DNA from: an uncultured Candidatus Saccharibacteria bacterium
Lineage (GTDB): Bacteria; Patescibacteriota; Minisyncoccia; Phycocordibacterales; Zambryskibacteraceae
Direction of reading: 5' to 3'
DNA: 64,000 bases
Assembly: GCA_964651655.1 (NCBI GenBank)
Contig: CAZYVS010000001.1
Location: 77,173 to 141,172, forward strand
The notes beneath the pieces are model-generated. The model did not search any database and was not told the DNA's origin. It worked only from the letters and a program-made list of their open reading frames with translations. Both the position numbers and the translations under genes were made by a program. This document shows, piece by piece, positions 29,765-38,197 of this stretch; position 1 is the stretch's first letter; every line of letters begins with the position of its first letter.

Positions 29765-30910
29765 TTATTTATTCTTTAAGGTTTTGATTTTGAGCTTCGG
29801 TTTAGCCCCCTTCATCAAGGCCTCTACAAATTCTTCAAAAGGGGCTGAAACAACGCACACATAGTTGTCCGCGCCTCCATAATACACGAGAAGTAAGCCG
29901 TCTTTTACCACCGCGCCGGTCGCGTAAACAATTCCCGATTTGAAACCAACATTTTCATATAATTCGCTCGGTTCCAAAACCGGCTCTTTCGAGCGGCTAA
30001 GTATCTTAGTCGGGTCATTAGGATCTAAAAGCATCGCCCCGACTTTGTATTTGCTGAAATCACATCCCTCCATGGCTTGATAGAATACCAACCAACCATA
30101 TTCGGTTTTTATGGGCGGAGCCCCCGCGCCCCTGACCCAACTATCCCAGCAGTTTTTTCTGATTTTGCCGTCATAGAAACTTTTTACATATGTTCTGCCA
30201 TCAAAATTTAAATCATCAAAATAATCTATTAAAATTTCTGGACTGATGCTGTGTAAAATAGCGTACTTACCGCCTATTTTTTCCGGAAAGATAACCCAAT
30301 TTTTATGAACTTCGCCGGGCGGCGAGATTAATACCGGCGGTTTCCAATTCCACCTCTTATTTAAAAAATCTTTCACCTTCATTGAGGTAAGGGCCACTCG
30401 CAAGCCTTCATCGCAAGCGGTGTAGGTCATATAGAGAGTATCTTCGTCGCCAATTCGAACAATGCGTGAATCTTCGCTTCCCCCAAAACTTCCGCCAGAA
30501 AAATAAGAAAAAATATTAAAAGAAGGGCGCTGTCCGACTTGGTGTTCATAAACCGGATAAGAAAGCCGCTCATCAACATGAAAACCGTCGCTTGAAGCCG
30601 CGTAGCCAAAACGGGAAAGACCGTCTTCGCCTATGGCTCGGTAGAGAAAATGCACTCTGTCATTGAGTAAAATTACGCCGGGATTGAAAGTTTGCCAAGC
30701 TTCCCAACCATTTTTTGTGTTTGGCGAGATTATCGGATTTTGTGAATGCCGAACTAGCGCAGCTGTTTTTACTGATTTTTTTTTCTTAGAGCCATTTTTT
30801 TTCTTGCGTACAACCACTCGTTTTGCGGAAGATTTTATTATTTTCTTTTTTGTTTTCATGGCATACGTAGTAAAACCGCGCCGTGCTTTAATGACATTAA
30901 CGATTTCCAC
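29765..30910 (-). CDS. GH130-family glycoside phosphorylase/hydrolase with a Lys-rich N-terminal extension
   Basis: WEAWQTFNPGVILLNDRVHFLYRAIGEDGLSRFGYAASSDGFHV. N-terminus KTKKKIIKSSAKRVVVRKKKNGSKKKKSVK. Confidence 0.7.
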   Translation of the reverse strand: MEIVNVIKARRGFTTYAMKTKKKIIKSSAKRVVVRKKKNGSKKKKSVKTAALVRHSQNPIISPNTKNGWEAWQTFNPGVILLNDRVHFLYRAIGEDGLSRFGYAASSDGFHVDERLSYPVYEHQVGQRPSFNIFSYFSGGSFGGSEDSRIVRIGDEDTLYMTYTACDEGLRVALTSMKVKDFLNKRWNWKPPVLISPPGEVHKNWVIFPEKIGGKYAILHSISPEILIDYFDDLNFDGRTYVKSFYDGKIRKNCWDSWVRGAGAPPIKTEYGWLVFYQAMEGCDFSKYKVGAMLLDPNDPTKILSRSKEPVLEPSELYENVGFKSGIVYATGAVVKDGLLLVYYGGADNYVCVVSAPFEEFVEALMKGAKPKLKIKTLKNK

Positions 30911-30965
30911 CCATTACTAATATATGCAACTTTGGGGATTTAATCAATCAAAAATCGATCGTTAG

Positions 30966-31038
30966 TGCGCGGTGCAAGACTTGAACTTGCAACATCCACA
31001 ACGTCAATGTGGCGCTCTACCAATTGAGCTAACCGCGC
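30966..31038 (-). tRNA. tRNA-Val (anticodon GAC)
   Basis: Hand-folded cloverleaf: acceptor GCGCGGT/ACCGCGC, anticodon loop TTGACGT, T-loop TTCAAGT. CCA is not encoded. Confidence 0.8.
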
Positions 31039-31069
31039 AAACAACAATACTCTATCTCAAAAAATACTT

Positions 31070-31159
31070 TGGCGGAAGAGGTGGGATTTGGACCCACGAT
31101 AGGCTTACGCCTATGCCGGTTTTCGAAACCGGTGCCTTCAACCACTCAGCCACTCTTCC
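31070..31159 (-). tRNA. tRNA-Ser (anticodon CGA), long variable arm, CCA encoded
   Basis: Hand-fold: acceptor GGAAGAG, anticodon stem-loop CCGGT-TTCGAAA-ACCGG, long variable arm, T-arm GTGGG-TCCAAAT-CCCAC, 3' GCCA. Confidence 0.8.
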
Positions 31160-31277
31160 TTTGGCTTGCCATAGCTTAAGCGAAGGCAGCCAGAATCTAC
31201 ACTATAACATTTTTTGTCTTTTCGGTAAAAAATGTTATTATTTTTGAGCCCAAGGTTTACCCTGAGCGTAGTCGAAG

Positions 31278-31349
31278 GGCCCTATCGTCTATCGGTTAGG
31301 ACACAAGCTTTTCAAGCTTGGAAGCCGGGTTCGACTCCCGGTAGGGTCA
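31278..31349 (+). tRNA. tRNA-Glu (anticodon TTC)
   Basis: Hand-fold: acceptor GGCCCTA/TAGGGTC (one G-U pair), anticodon loop TTTTCAA, T-arm CCGGG-TTCGACT-CCCGG. Confidence 0.8.
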
Positions 31350-31520
31350 TTGGTTCAAAAATGAGCTCGCTTATGCGGGCCATTTTTGTTCAATGACACT
31401 AAGTAGTGCCGGGGGCACTGCGTCCGGGAGTCGAAAAGCTTTTGAGCCTAAAATTGATTTTAAGAAAATTTTAGTCAAAAGGTGTACTGATCCTGTAAGG
31501 ATCGACAAGTGTACTCACAG

Positions 31521-31534
31521 TCCCGGTAGGGTCA
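31521..31534 (+). repeat. exact 14-nt duplicate of the tRNA-Glu 3' end (TCCCGGTAGGGTCA), att-like direct repeat
   Basis: Same 14-mer as 31336-31349, about 185 nt downstream of the tRNA. Confidence 0.6.
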
Positions 31535-31826
31535 AAAATCGTAGCGAAGCCAGGACGACAACTGCTTGTCGTCCGGGCGATTTTTGAAGACGGAAGTATG
31601 TCCCGCAAGCTTGCGAGACAACTGAGTCCGGGGCTGGAAAATTTGATTTCGACGGAAATCAAATTATTGTGGCTCATACTAAATTTGCATGCGAAGTATA
31701 CAATGCTTTTCCTTTCTTTGCCCGTCCGTAGCCTGGGCGAAGGAGGGGGCGGAAACGGGGCGAGGGCTGTTTACAGCATATAACAACTTGGAATATAACA
31801 CAACGGAATACTATTATATAAACACT

Positions 31827-32048
31827 ATGACAAAAGCGATATTTTCAAAAGACCACAAATATACAGTCGGGCAACTCAAAAAAGCTCGTCTTGAAGCGGG
31901 TTTAGATCAAGCCGAAGTGGCGAAACTACTCGGCAGAACTCAACCTCATGTCTCAAAAATTGAGGCGGGACAAAGACGACTTGATATTACGCAACTTAAG
32001 GAATTTGCGAAGATCTATAAAAAATCATTAGAATATTTTATTAAATAA
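31827..32048 (+). CDS. HTH_XRE family regulator, R-M controller (C-protein)-like
   Basis: 73 aa; TVGQLKKARLEAGLDQAEVAKLLGRTQPHVSKIEAGQR (XRE HTH). The stop lies 1 nt before the next ORF. The track ORF starting at 31689 reads through the promoter. Confidence 0.6.
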   Translation: MTKAIFSKDHKYTVGQLKKARLEAGLDQAEVAKLLGRTQPHVSKIEAGQRRLDITQLKEFAKIYKKSLEYFIK

Positions 32049-32049
32049 T

Positions 32050-32652
32050 ATGACAGAAGTTCAAAATCATGGATTTGTTTTTGAAAATTGGATTAAAAGT
32101 ATTCTTGGTGTAAAAGAGCTTGCTTATAATTATACTCAAAAATGGGACATACCAGGTGAAACGCCAATAAGTGTTAAATGCATGGGACTTACAAATGCCC
32201 TTGAATTTGGAAGCACTGTAAGAATTTGGGAAATAAACGAAACTTTTACTCTCGTCGTCGGAAGGTGGGAACAGGTTGGATTTAAAAAATTAATTAGAAG
32301 TATAGATGAAATAGATATTACTCCAAAAATTTTAATAAAAATGAGAGGCAGTATTACTCTTGAAGAATTAAAAGATTTTGATAAAAAAATAAAATCTTTT
32401 CCCGCGGGAAAAGAAGGACAAAGGAAGGGAATTGAATTCGCTAAAAAATGGAAAGCTGAAAGAAAAAATAGACTGGGATTACTAACTATTACACACAAAA
32501 TAGATAGCAAAGATCAACGCCGGATTCAATGCAACTTAAATTACAAAAACTATATTAAATTATTCGGTCAACCATCTGAAAGAGTTGAGTTCCGTGGTAA
32601 TATTTTTAATCAAGACATAGATCATGGACCAAGAAAGTTTAATAGTGAATAA
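32050..32652 (+). CDS. hypothetical protein (candidate restriction endonuclease component)
   Basis: No recognisable motifs. AT-rich. Immediately downstream of the C-like regulator and convergent with two MTase genes. Confidence 0.3.
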   Translation: MTEVQNHGFVFENWIKSILGVKELAYNYTQKWDIPGETPISVKCMGLTNALEFGSTVRIWEINETFTLVVGRWEQVGFKKLIRSIDEIDITPKILIKMRGSITLEELKDFDKKIKSFPAGKEGQRKGIEFAKKWKAERKNRLGLLTITHKIDSKDQRRIQCNLNYKNYIKLFGQPSERVEFRGNIFNQDIDHGPRKFNSE

Positions 32653-32653
32653 A

Positions 32654-33283
32654 ATGGCAACAGTTTATATAAACAATGGAATAATTGAATTGAGGCTAAC
32701 GTCAGCTCGTAGTAGGGTGAGAATTTGTGATATCAATGGCAATCATATTTCTAAACCATCTTCACAAAATATTAATTTTGATAACCACTATGTTGAATGG
32801 ATGATTACAAATAATGAGTTAATAAAAATAATAAGTCAGCAACTCACAAGAGAAGAGATAATCAATCTAAAAAATGAACTACGAGAAACAGCTATTTCCT
32901 TGAAAGATTCTAATTTTTACAGCAGGAAAGCTGAAAAAGAAGACATTGACCAAACTTTTGGAAATTTTTTAGTGTATAAATATGAAGAAATTTTTTATTC
33001 CTTTGAAAAAAATATTGATGTAAATTTACAGGTGAAAATTACATTTAAAATGGGTGATTATATCTTAGCAGCGCACATGTTTGTATTGATTGGTCTTACT
33101 AATCCAAACATAATACTAAACAATCGTGATAATAGTATTGCAAACAATAATGCTCTAGGACCAGGAGCAAAATGTGTTTGGAGTCCATCAAATCAGACAA
33201 TTAGCGAAATTGCTAAAGCACTAGCTTGTTCTTCTGAAGGTCATAAAAATGATCTGATTAACCTATTAGACAATATTACTTAA
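32654..33283 (+). CDS. hypothetical protein (candidate restriction endonuclease component)
   Basis: No recognisable motifs. Start taken at the internal Met (MATVYINNG) just after the upstream stop. Confidence 0.3.
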   Translation: MATVYINNGIIELRLTSARSRVRICDINGNHISKPSSQNINFDNHYVEWMITNNELIKIISQQLTREEIINLKNELRETAISLKDSNFYSRKAEKEDIDQTFGNFLVYKYEEIFYSFEKNIDVNLQVKITFKMGDYILAAHMFVLIGLTNPNIILNNRDNSIANNNALGPGAKCVWSPSNQTISEIAKALACSSEGHKNDLINLLDNIT

Positions 33284-34410
33284 ATACTAACTTTAAAATC
33301 ATAAATATTTTCTTTCTTAATGGATTTACTGCCTATACGACAGGTAATATTTCTAAAGTAATCTATTTTTGAATTTATATTTTGGCAAATTTTCTCTTTA
33401 ATTTCTTTGTTTTCATTGTATTCATCTTTAAAATCAAATATGAAGAACATATCATTGAGAATATCTTTTTTAATATTGATTAAACCACATTTTCCAACAC
33501 TAGAATTACCAACCCTGACAACAGCCATTTTATAATCAACAACATTACCACCTTTTGGAATGATGTTTTTTTCTAATATGTTCTTTGCCGATATATTATT
33601 ATCTTGAAATGATTTTTGTGCCTTAATGTTATTGGAACTAAAATAATCCCTTAATGGTGTCCCTTTTTCATTATTAATGAGACCATGATTTTTATTAAAA
33701 ATCACTTGGGGAATAAGCTCTTCATTTATGTTTGAAATATTAAAAATATCTTCATTTTTTTTACCATTTTCGTATATAACAATGATCTTATCTTTAAATT
33801 CAGTTGTGTTAGTAAATAAAGCAAAACAACAAGGTATATTTCGGTCAAACCACACTTTATCATTTTGATATATCACTATTGTTGAAAATATTTCTCGGAG
33901 CTTGTTTTTAACAAATATATTTCTGTTTTTTATAAAAAATGATATTGGTAGAACAAATCCAATAGAAGAATTATCATCTTTAAGTTGTTTAAGTGATTTT
34001 AAAATAAAAGCATTTTCTATCTTCTGCTTATCGTTTTTAATATCAGAAAAATCTAAATACAGTTCTGGTTTAATTTTTGATTGTTTATATTTTGAAGCAT
34101 AGTAATAACTATCCTTCAAGTTGTATTTTGTAAAAGGAGGATTACCAACAATAAGATCAAATTTTTCTTCTAGAGATGTTTGAAAAAAATCTGCTGGATT
34201 TGATGTTAATTCACTATCTATCTCATATCCTGTTACATTTTTATACCCCTTATTAGATAATTCACTTATAAAATTACCTGTTCCAAAAGATGGCTCAAGA
34301 ATAGATACGCCTTTTGAGTATTTTTTATAGAAAAAAAGTAAATCAAGTAATTTTGATACTATTTTGGTTTTTGTAAAATATTGACCTAAAATTTCTTTTT
34401 TATTTTTCAT
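33280..34410 (-). CDS. N6-adenine DNA methyltransferase, gamma class (TaqI/Eco57I-like), with C-terminal TRD
   Basis: GQYFTKTKIV (motif X), ILEPSFGTGNF (motif I), VGNPPF (motif IV). Confidence 0.8.
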   Translation of the reverse strand: MKNKKEILGQYFTKTKIVSKLLDLLFFYKKYSKGVSILEPSFGTGNFISELSNKGYKNVTGYEIDSELTSNPADFFQTSLEEKFDLIVGNPPFTKYNLKDSYYYASKYKQSKIKPELYLDFSDIKNDKQKIENAFILKSLKQLKDDNSSIGFVLPISFFIKNRNIFVKNKLREIFSTIVIYQNDKVWFDRNIPCCFALFTNTTEFKDKIIVIYENGKKNEDIFNISNINEELIPQVIFNKNHGLINNEKGTPLRDYFSSNNIKAQKSFQDNNISAKNILEKNIIPKGGNVVDYKMAVVRVGNSSVGKCGLINIKKDILNDMFFIFDFKDEYNENKEIKEKICQNINSKIDYFRNITCRIGSKSIKKENIYDFKVSI

Positions 34411-34412
34411 GT

Positions 34413-35051
34413 TTAAAATTTTCTAACTCTCTCATTGGCTATTTTACTATAATTAGCGTCAATTTCAAAACCTATATAATTCCTTTTTATCTGTTTACAT
34501 GTCACAGCAACGCTACCACTTCCTATAAATGGATCTAAAACAACATCATTTTCCCTAGAGAACATAGCTAATATTTCTTTTATAAATGTTTTGGGCTTAG
34601 GTGTTGGGTGATTAATAAAGCCCTCGTCTGGTTCAACCATAGAACCCGGTGTATCCATAAATATATCCTTCCCCTTTTTAACGATTTTTGCATTACCCTT
34701 TTTAAATACTATGCAAGACATATATTTGGTAAATCCAATTGAAGAAGAAACCCTACCGTTTGGACAATGTAAAATAAAATTCCAATAATAAGTAAAAGGA
34801 TTATTTTTAAATACATCAGGTAAAAATTTAGTACTAAAAAATGTAATATAAAAAGAATCATCTTTTAGAACTCTATGGCTTTCAGGCAGAGAAGCATAAA
34901 ATAAACTTAAGTCGTGATCGTTTCTTATTCCAGTTTTATTTAATCCATAAGGAGGGTCTGTAAAAATAAGATCAACGGATTTATCAGGAATCATTCTAAA
35001 TCCATCAAAACAATCAACATTTTGGATTGTGTTTAGTAAATTATTATGCAT
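34413..35051 (-). CDS. DNA methyltransferase, beta class (N4-C/N6-A, N6_N4_Mtase family)
   Basis: DLIFTDPPYGL (motif IV) precedes LDPFIGSGSVAV (motif I), the beta-class order. Confidence 0.8.
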   Translation of the reverse strand: MHNNLLNTIQNVDCFDGFRMIPDKSVDLIFTDPPYGLNKTGIRNDHDLSLFYASLPESHRVLKDDSFYITFFSTKFLPDVFKNNPFTYYWNFILHCPNGRVSSSIGFTKYMSCIVFKKGNAKIVKKGKDIFMDTPGSMVEPDEGFINHPTPKPKTFIKEILAMFSRENDVVLDPFIGSGSVAVTCKQIKRNYIGFEIDANYSKIANERVRKF

Positions 35052-35066
35052 AAAATTTGATAGAGT

Positions 35067-35411
35067 TTAAAATAAATATTTACCCAATTGTTTTGATAAA
35101 TTTTTTGTAACATCTTTGTCAGTTTTCAGTCTAATACTATAATTTATATTAGGATAACTCATGTATTTTGCATCTCTGAAACCCAACCCTTTCGGCTTTT
35201 CTTTAAAAGCAAAACCAACATTAAGTTTGCAATCTGACACAAATTTCCCACGAAAATAAACTACAGTAACAATATCATCTTTTAACATATATCTAACATA
35301 AACAGTGCTAAGACGAAAATTTATTTTAGGGTTGAGAGACATAATAAATTTATGTAATTGATTAAAAATTACTAACTTATCACCCAATTTTTTTTCTAAT
35401 TCATTATCCAT
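35067..35411 (-). CDS. hypothetical protein (between the LexA-like gene and the MTase genes)
   Basis: 114 aa, no recognisable motif. Confidence 0.35.
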   Translation of the reverse strand: MDNELEKKLGDKLVIFNQLHKFIMSLNPKINFRLSTVYVRYMLKDDIVTVVYFRGKFVSDCKLNVGFAFKEKPKGLGFRDAKYMSYPNINYSIRLKTDKDVTKNLSKQLGKYLF

Positions 35412-35434
35412 AATTTATTTATTATATCAAATAA

Positions 35435-36097
35435 TTAAATAGGTTCGTAACGATATTCATTTTCTTGAGGCTGTTTAATAACCTCGACAACTTTTCCGTT
35501 CACTAAATACTCGTCGAGATCATCCTCATGGATATGAATTGGCGGAAAAAATTGACTTGATTCTGACTGTAAAACAATCTGTTTATGAGCCTTATCTTCT
35601 AAAAAACGTTTAATATTGGCAAGTCCACCAATAACAGAAAGAACATAATCTCCAGTTTTTACGTTTTTATCCTCTCCGTCCACTATTACATAATCACCAT
35701 CATCAATAGATTTTCCGTTGACGCTCGCCCTGTTCATTGATAACCCAACAGCTTTTACAGCAAAAAGATTATCAAGATGACTAGTTGGAAGTAATTTTTT
35801 AGAAATGGGCAAAGTTCCCTCTATTCGAGCTTCTGCAAGCATAGTTGCGTCACCACAATTTGCTAAACCTAGAATAGGTATGGAGAGAAGACTTTTTGCT
35901 TTAGTGGTTAGTGGAGATTTGATAGAAATTGCCCTTTTTTTCTTTCCATTATCAAGAAGCCCTAATTTTTCCATATGAAATTTAACTTTTTGTGGATGCT
36001 CTATTCCAATGAGTCTACCTATCTGTCTCAGACCTATTTTCTTTAAATCATAACGTTGTGATAATTCTAAAAGTTTTTGTTGGGTTGGATGCATCAT
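35435..36097 (-). CDS. LexA-like repressor (N-terminal wHTH + S24 peptidase)
   Basis: N-terminal LexA-type DNA-binding region and C-terminal S24 with AVGLSMNRA (Ser nucleophile) and a downstream Lys. The start codon sits right after a -10 box, so the mRNA is leaderless. Confidence 0.75.
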   Translation of the reverse strand: MMHPTQQKLLELSQRYDLKKIGLRQIGRLIGIEHPQKVKFHMEKLGLLDNGKKKRAISIKSPLTTKAKSLLSIPILGLANCGDATMLAEARIEGTLPISKKLLPTSHLDNLFAVKAVGLSMNRASVNGKSIDDGDYVIVDGEDKNVKTGDYVLSVIGGLANIKRFLEDKAHKQIVLQSESSQFFPPIHIHEDDLDEYLVNGKVVEVIKQPQENEYRYEPI

Positions 36098-36120
36098 ACG
36101 TCAATTATAGCTGATAGGGG

Positions 36121-36143
36121 TGTCAACCGTCAACTGTTGACAA
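36121..36143. promoter_or_regulatory. putative operator: palindrome GTCAAC-T-GTTGAC within TGTCAACCGTCAACTGTTGACAA, overlapping the -35 of the lexA-like promoter
   Basis: On the gene strand the region reads TTGACG-N18-TATAAT-N7-ATG. The palindrome overlaps the -35 box. Confidence 0.45.
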
Positions 36144-36266
36144 CTTATTGAACAAAACTTGATTTTAGACTTGCATTATGGAAAAGAGCGGCGTAAAATA
36201 TAGCTGTTACGGTAGTTTCTAGAGACTACGGATTCGACGGAACAATTATTAACCAGTGACAAGACC

Positions 36267-36572
36267 ATGGCTCAGAACAAACAAGACATTATAGCTGACA
36301 TCAAGGCTTATATCGCAAAATTTTCAGGCACCAAATACAGTGATTGGTATGTCGGTATTGCTTCCGACCCAAAACAACGGCTGTTTGTTGACCATAGTGT
36401 TAACGAACAGAGCGGAGCATGGATTTATTGCGAGGCACTATCATCTGACGCGGCACGGGAAGTGGAACAATATTTCATTGACCAGCTAAAGACTGATGGT
36501 GGCCCAGGTGGAGGTGATCGCACTACGCGATTTGTCTACGCCTACCGCAAGACTTCTAGCACAGTAGAGTAA
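36267..36572 (+). CDS. small GIY-YIG nuclease-family protein (YhbQ/Cho-like stand-alone domain)
   Basis: …GTKYSDWYVGIASDPKQRLFVDH… compared with the GIY-YIG consensus (…YVGsAkd..kRl..H), plus the conserved acidic region WIYCEALSSDAAREVEQ. Divergent from the LexA-like gene. Confidence 0.45.
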   Translation: MAQNKQDIIADIKAYIAKFSGTKYSDWYVGIASDPKQRLFVDHSVNEQSGAWIYCEALSSDAAREVEQYFIDQLKTDGGPGGGDRTTRFVYAYRKTSSTVE

Positions 36573-37099
36573 AAGCGAGCCGTTAGGCTCGCTTCCCATA
36601 AACCAGGCCATGTGATCAGTGGCTTGGTTTTATTTTACCAAAATTTTCTACAAGGGAGTAGCTGTGTTCTCCACAGCTGTATGCGCGCGCACGAGAGGAT
36701 GGACTCCAAGAGGGTTGGACGAACCACTAGCGGTAACACTTAACTTTTTTAAAAAGAAATGTTATGTTGGTGGCAGACAAGAAATTTTCCATACGTATCG
36801 TAAGGAGGAAAAATGAACGCCATTATCGTGTTATGGACCGTTATTGGAATACCATTTCTTTGGTCAACCGTTCTTAGCATTTCACAGGGTAAGTGGGTGT
36901 TATCTGGCATAACATTGATTATCGCCTGTGGTTGCGTGTTATGCGGAATTTTGCACAACAGGATTTACCAACGAAGTGGAAAATTTTGGCCATAGAAAAA
37001 CACTTTTACATTCTAACCCCAGCGGACATGTCCGCTGGGGGTTCGCTTTTTCAAAAATTGAAAAATGACTATCATGTATTTCTCTGTTAGTATCTTTCT

Positions 37100-38197
37100 A
37101 TGAAAATTTTGGCTATTGAGACTTCCTGTGACGAAACCGCCATTGCCCTGCTTGATATAAAAGGCGCGTTGGAAAAGCCAAATATCAAGATATTGGGCAA
37201 TACTCTTTTGTCACAAGTGGCGCTCCACGAGCAATACGGTGGCGTTTATCCCAATCTCGCTAAAAGAGAGCATGAGAAGAATCTGCCACCGCTCCTAAAC
37301 CAAACACTCCGTGAGGCAAGAGAAAACCCTGAAAAACCCGATTTGGACTATATCGCCGTCACCAACGGTCCCGGCCTTGAACCGGCTCTTTGGGTTGGTA
37401 TCAATTTTGCAACAACACTCGGCAAGAGGTGGAATAAGCCCGTTATACCTGTAAACCATATGGAAGGACATCTCGTCTCGGTTCTATTCCGAGACGAGAA
37501 TGCAAAAATCAAAAATCAAAATGAAAAATTAGAATTACCGGCACTCGGACTCTTGGTTTCAGGGGGACATACCGAACTGGTGTATATCAAAGATTTTGGG
37601 AATTATGAAATCATCGGCCGAACACGAGATGACGCGGTAGGCGAAGCCTTTGATAAGGCGGCGCGCATGCTCGGACTCCCCTATCCCGGCGGACCAGAAA
37701 TATCTCGGCTAGCCGAGAAGGCAAGAAAAAGAACCACCAAAGACCGTATAAAATTGCCGAGACCGATGATTCATTCAGGAAATCTTGACTTCTCTTTCTC
37801 CGGACTCAAGACTGCCGTACTGTATAGACTTCAGAAAGAAGAAAAAATCACTGATATTTTTAAAGAAGATATGGCCAGAGCATTTGAAGATGCGGCGGTT
37901 GAAGTGCTTATAGACAAAACCGGCAAAGCTTTATTGGAACTGGAAGACAAAATTGTAACTCTTATTGTGGCCGGCGGTGTATCGGCCAATACTTATCTTT
38001 CTCAAGAACTTGAAAAACTTGTCAATCAATTTCCTAATCTTACCTTGAAAATGCCGTCTAAACTCTTAACCACCGACAACGCCATTATGATCGGTATTGC
38101 GGCTTTTATAAAGATAAGCAAAAAGCCGGAGATATTAAAAAATAAAAGTCCAATCATAGCTTTAGGCAACCTTTCACTTACTTCTTGGGTTCGGTAA
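37100..38197 (+). CDS. tsaD: tRNA N6-adenosine threonylcarbamoyltransferase TsaD (Kae1/YgjD)
   Basis: MKILAIETSCDETAIALLD and HMEGH metal-binding motifs. Confidence 0.9.
   Translation: MKILAIETSCDETAIALLDIKGALEKPNIKILGNTLLSQVALHEQYGGVYPNLAKREHEKNLPPLLNQTLREARENPEKPDLDYIAVTNGPGLEPALWVGINFATTLGKRWNKPVIPVNHMEGHLVSVLFRDENAKIKNQNEKLELPALGLLVSGGHTELVYIKDFGNYEIIGRTRDDAVGEAFDKAARMLGLPYPGGPEISRLAEKARKRTTKDRIKLPRPMIHSGNLDFSFSGLKTAVLYRLQKEEKITDIFKEDMARAFEDAAVEVLIDKTGKALLELEDKIVTLIVAGGVSANTYLSQELEKLVNQFPNLTLKMPSKLLTTDNAIMIGIAAFIKISKKPEILKNKSPIIALGNLSLTSWVR

Noticed and set aside
30972-31247. 91-aa plus-strand ORF
   Set aside because: It overlaps tRNA-Val and tRNA-Ser on the opposite strand and contains no coding signal.
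31630-31665. GGGGCTGGAAAATTTGATTTCGACGG resembles the tmRNA 5' end (GGGGCUGAUUCUGGAUUCGACGGG)
   Set aside because: The stretch folds as a simple perfect 11-bp hairpin (AATTTGATTTC/GAAATCAAATT). No downstream tag-peptide frame ending in …AA-stop and no tRNA-like T-arm/CCA 3' domain could be found.
31689-31826. Extended start of the HTH_XRE ORF (MRSIQCFSFLCPSVAWAKEG…)
   Set aside because: The extension reads through the promoter and direct-repeat region. The conserved HTH begins at the Met at 31827.
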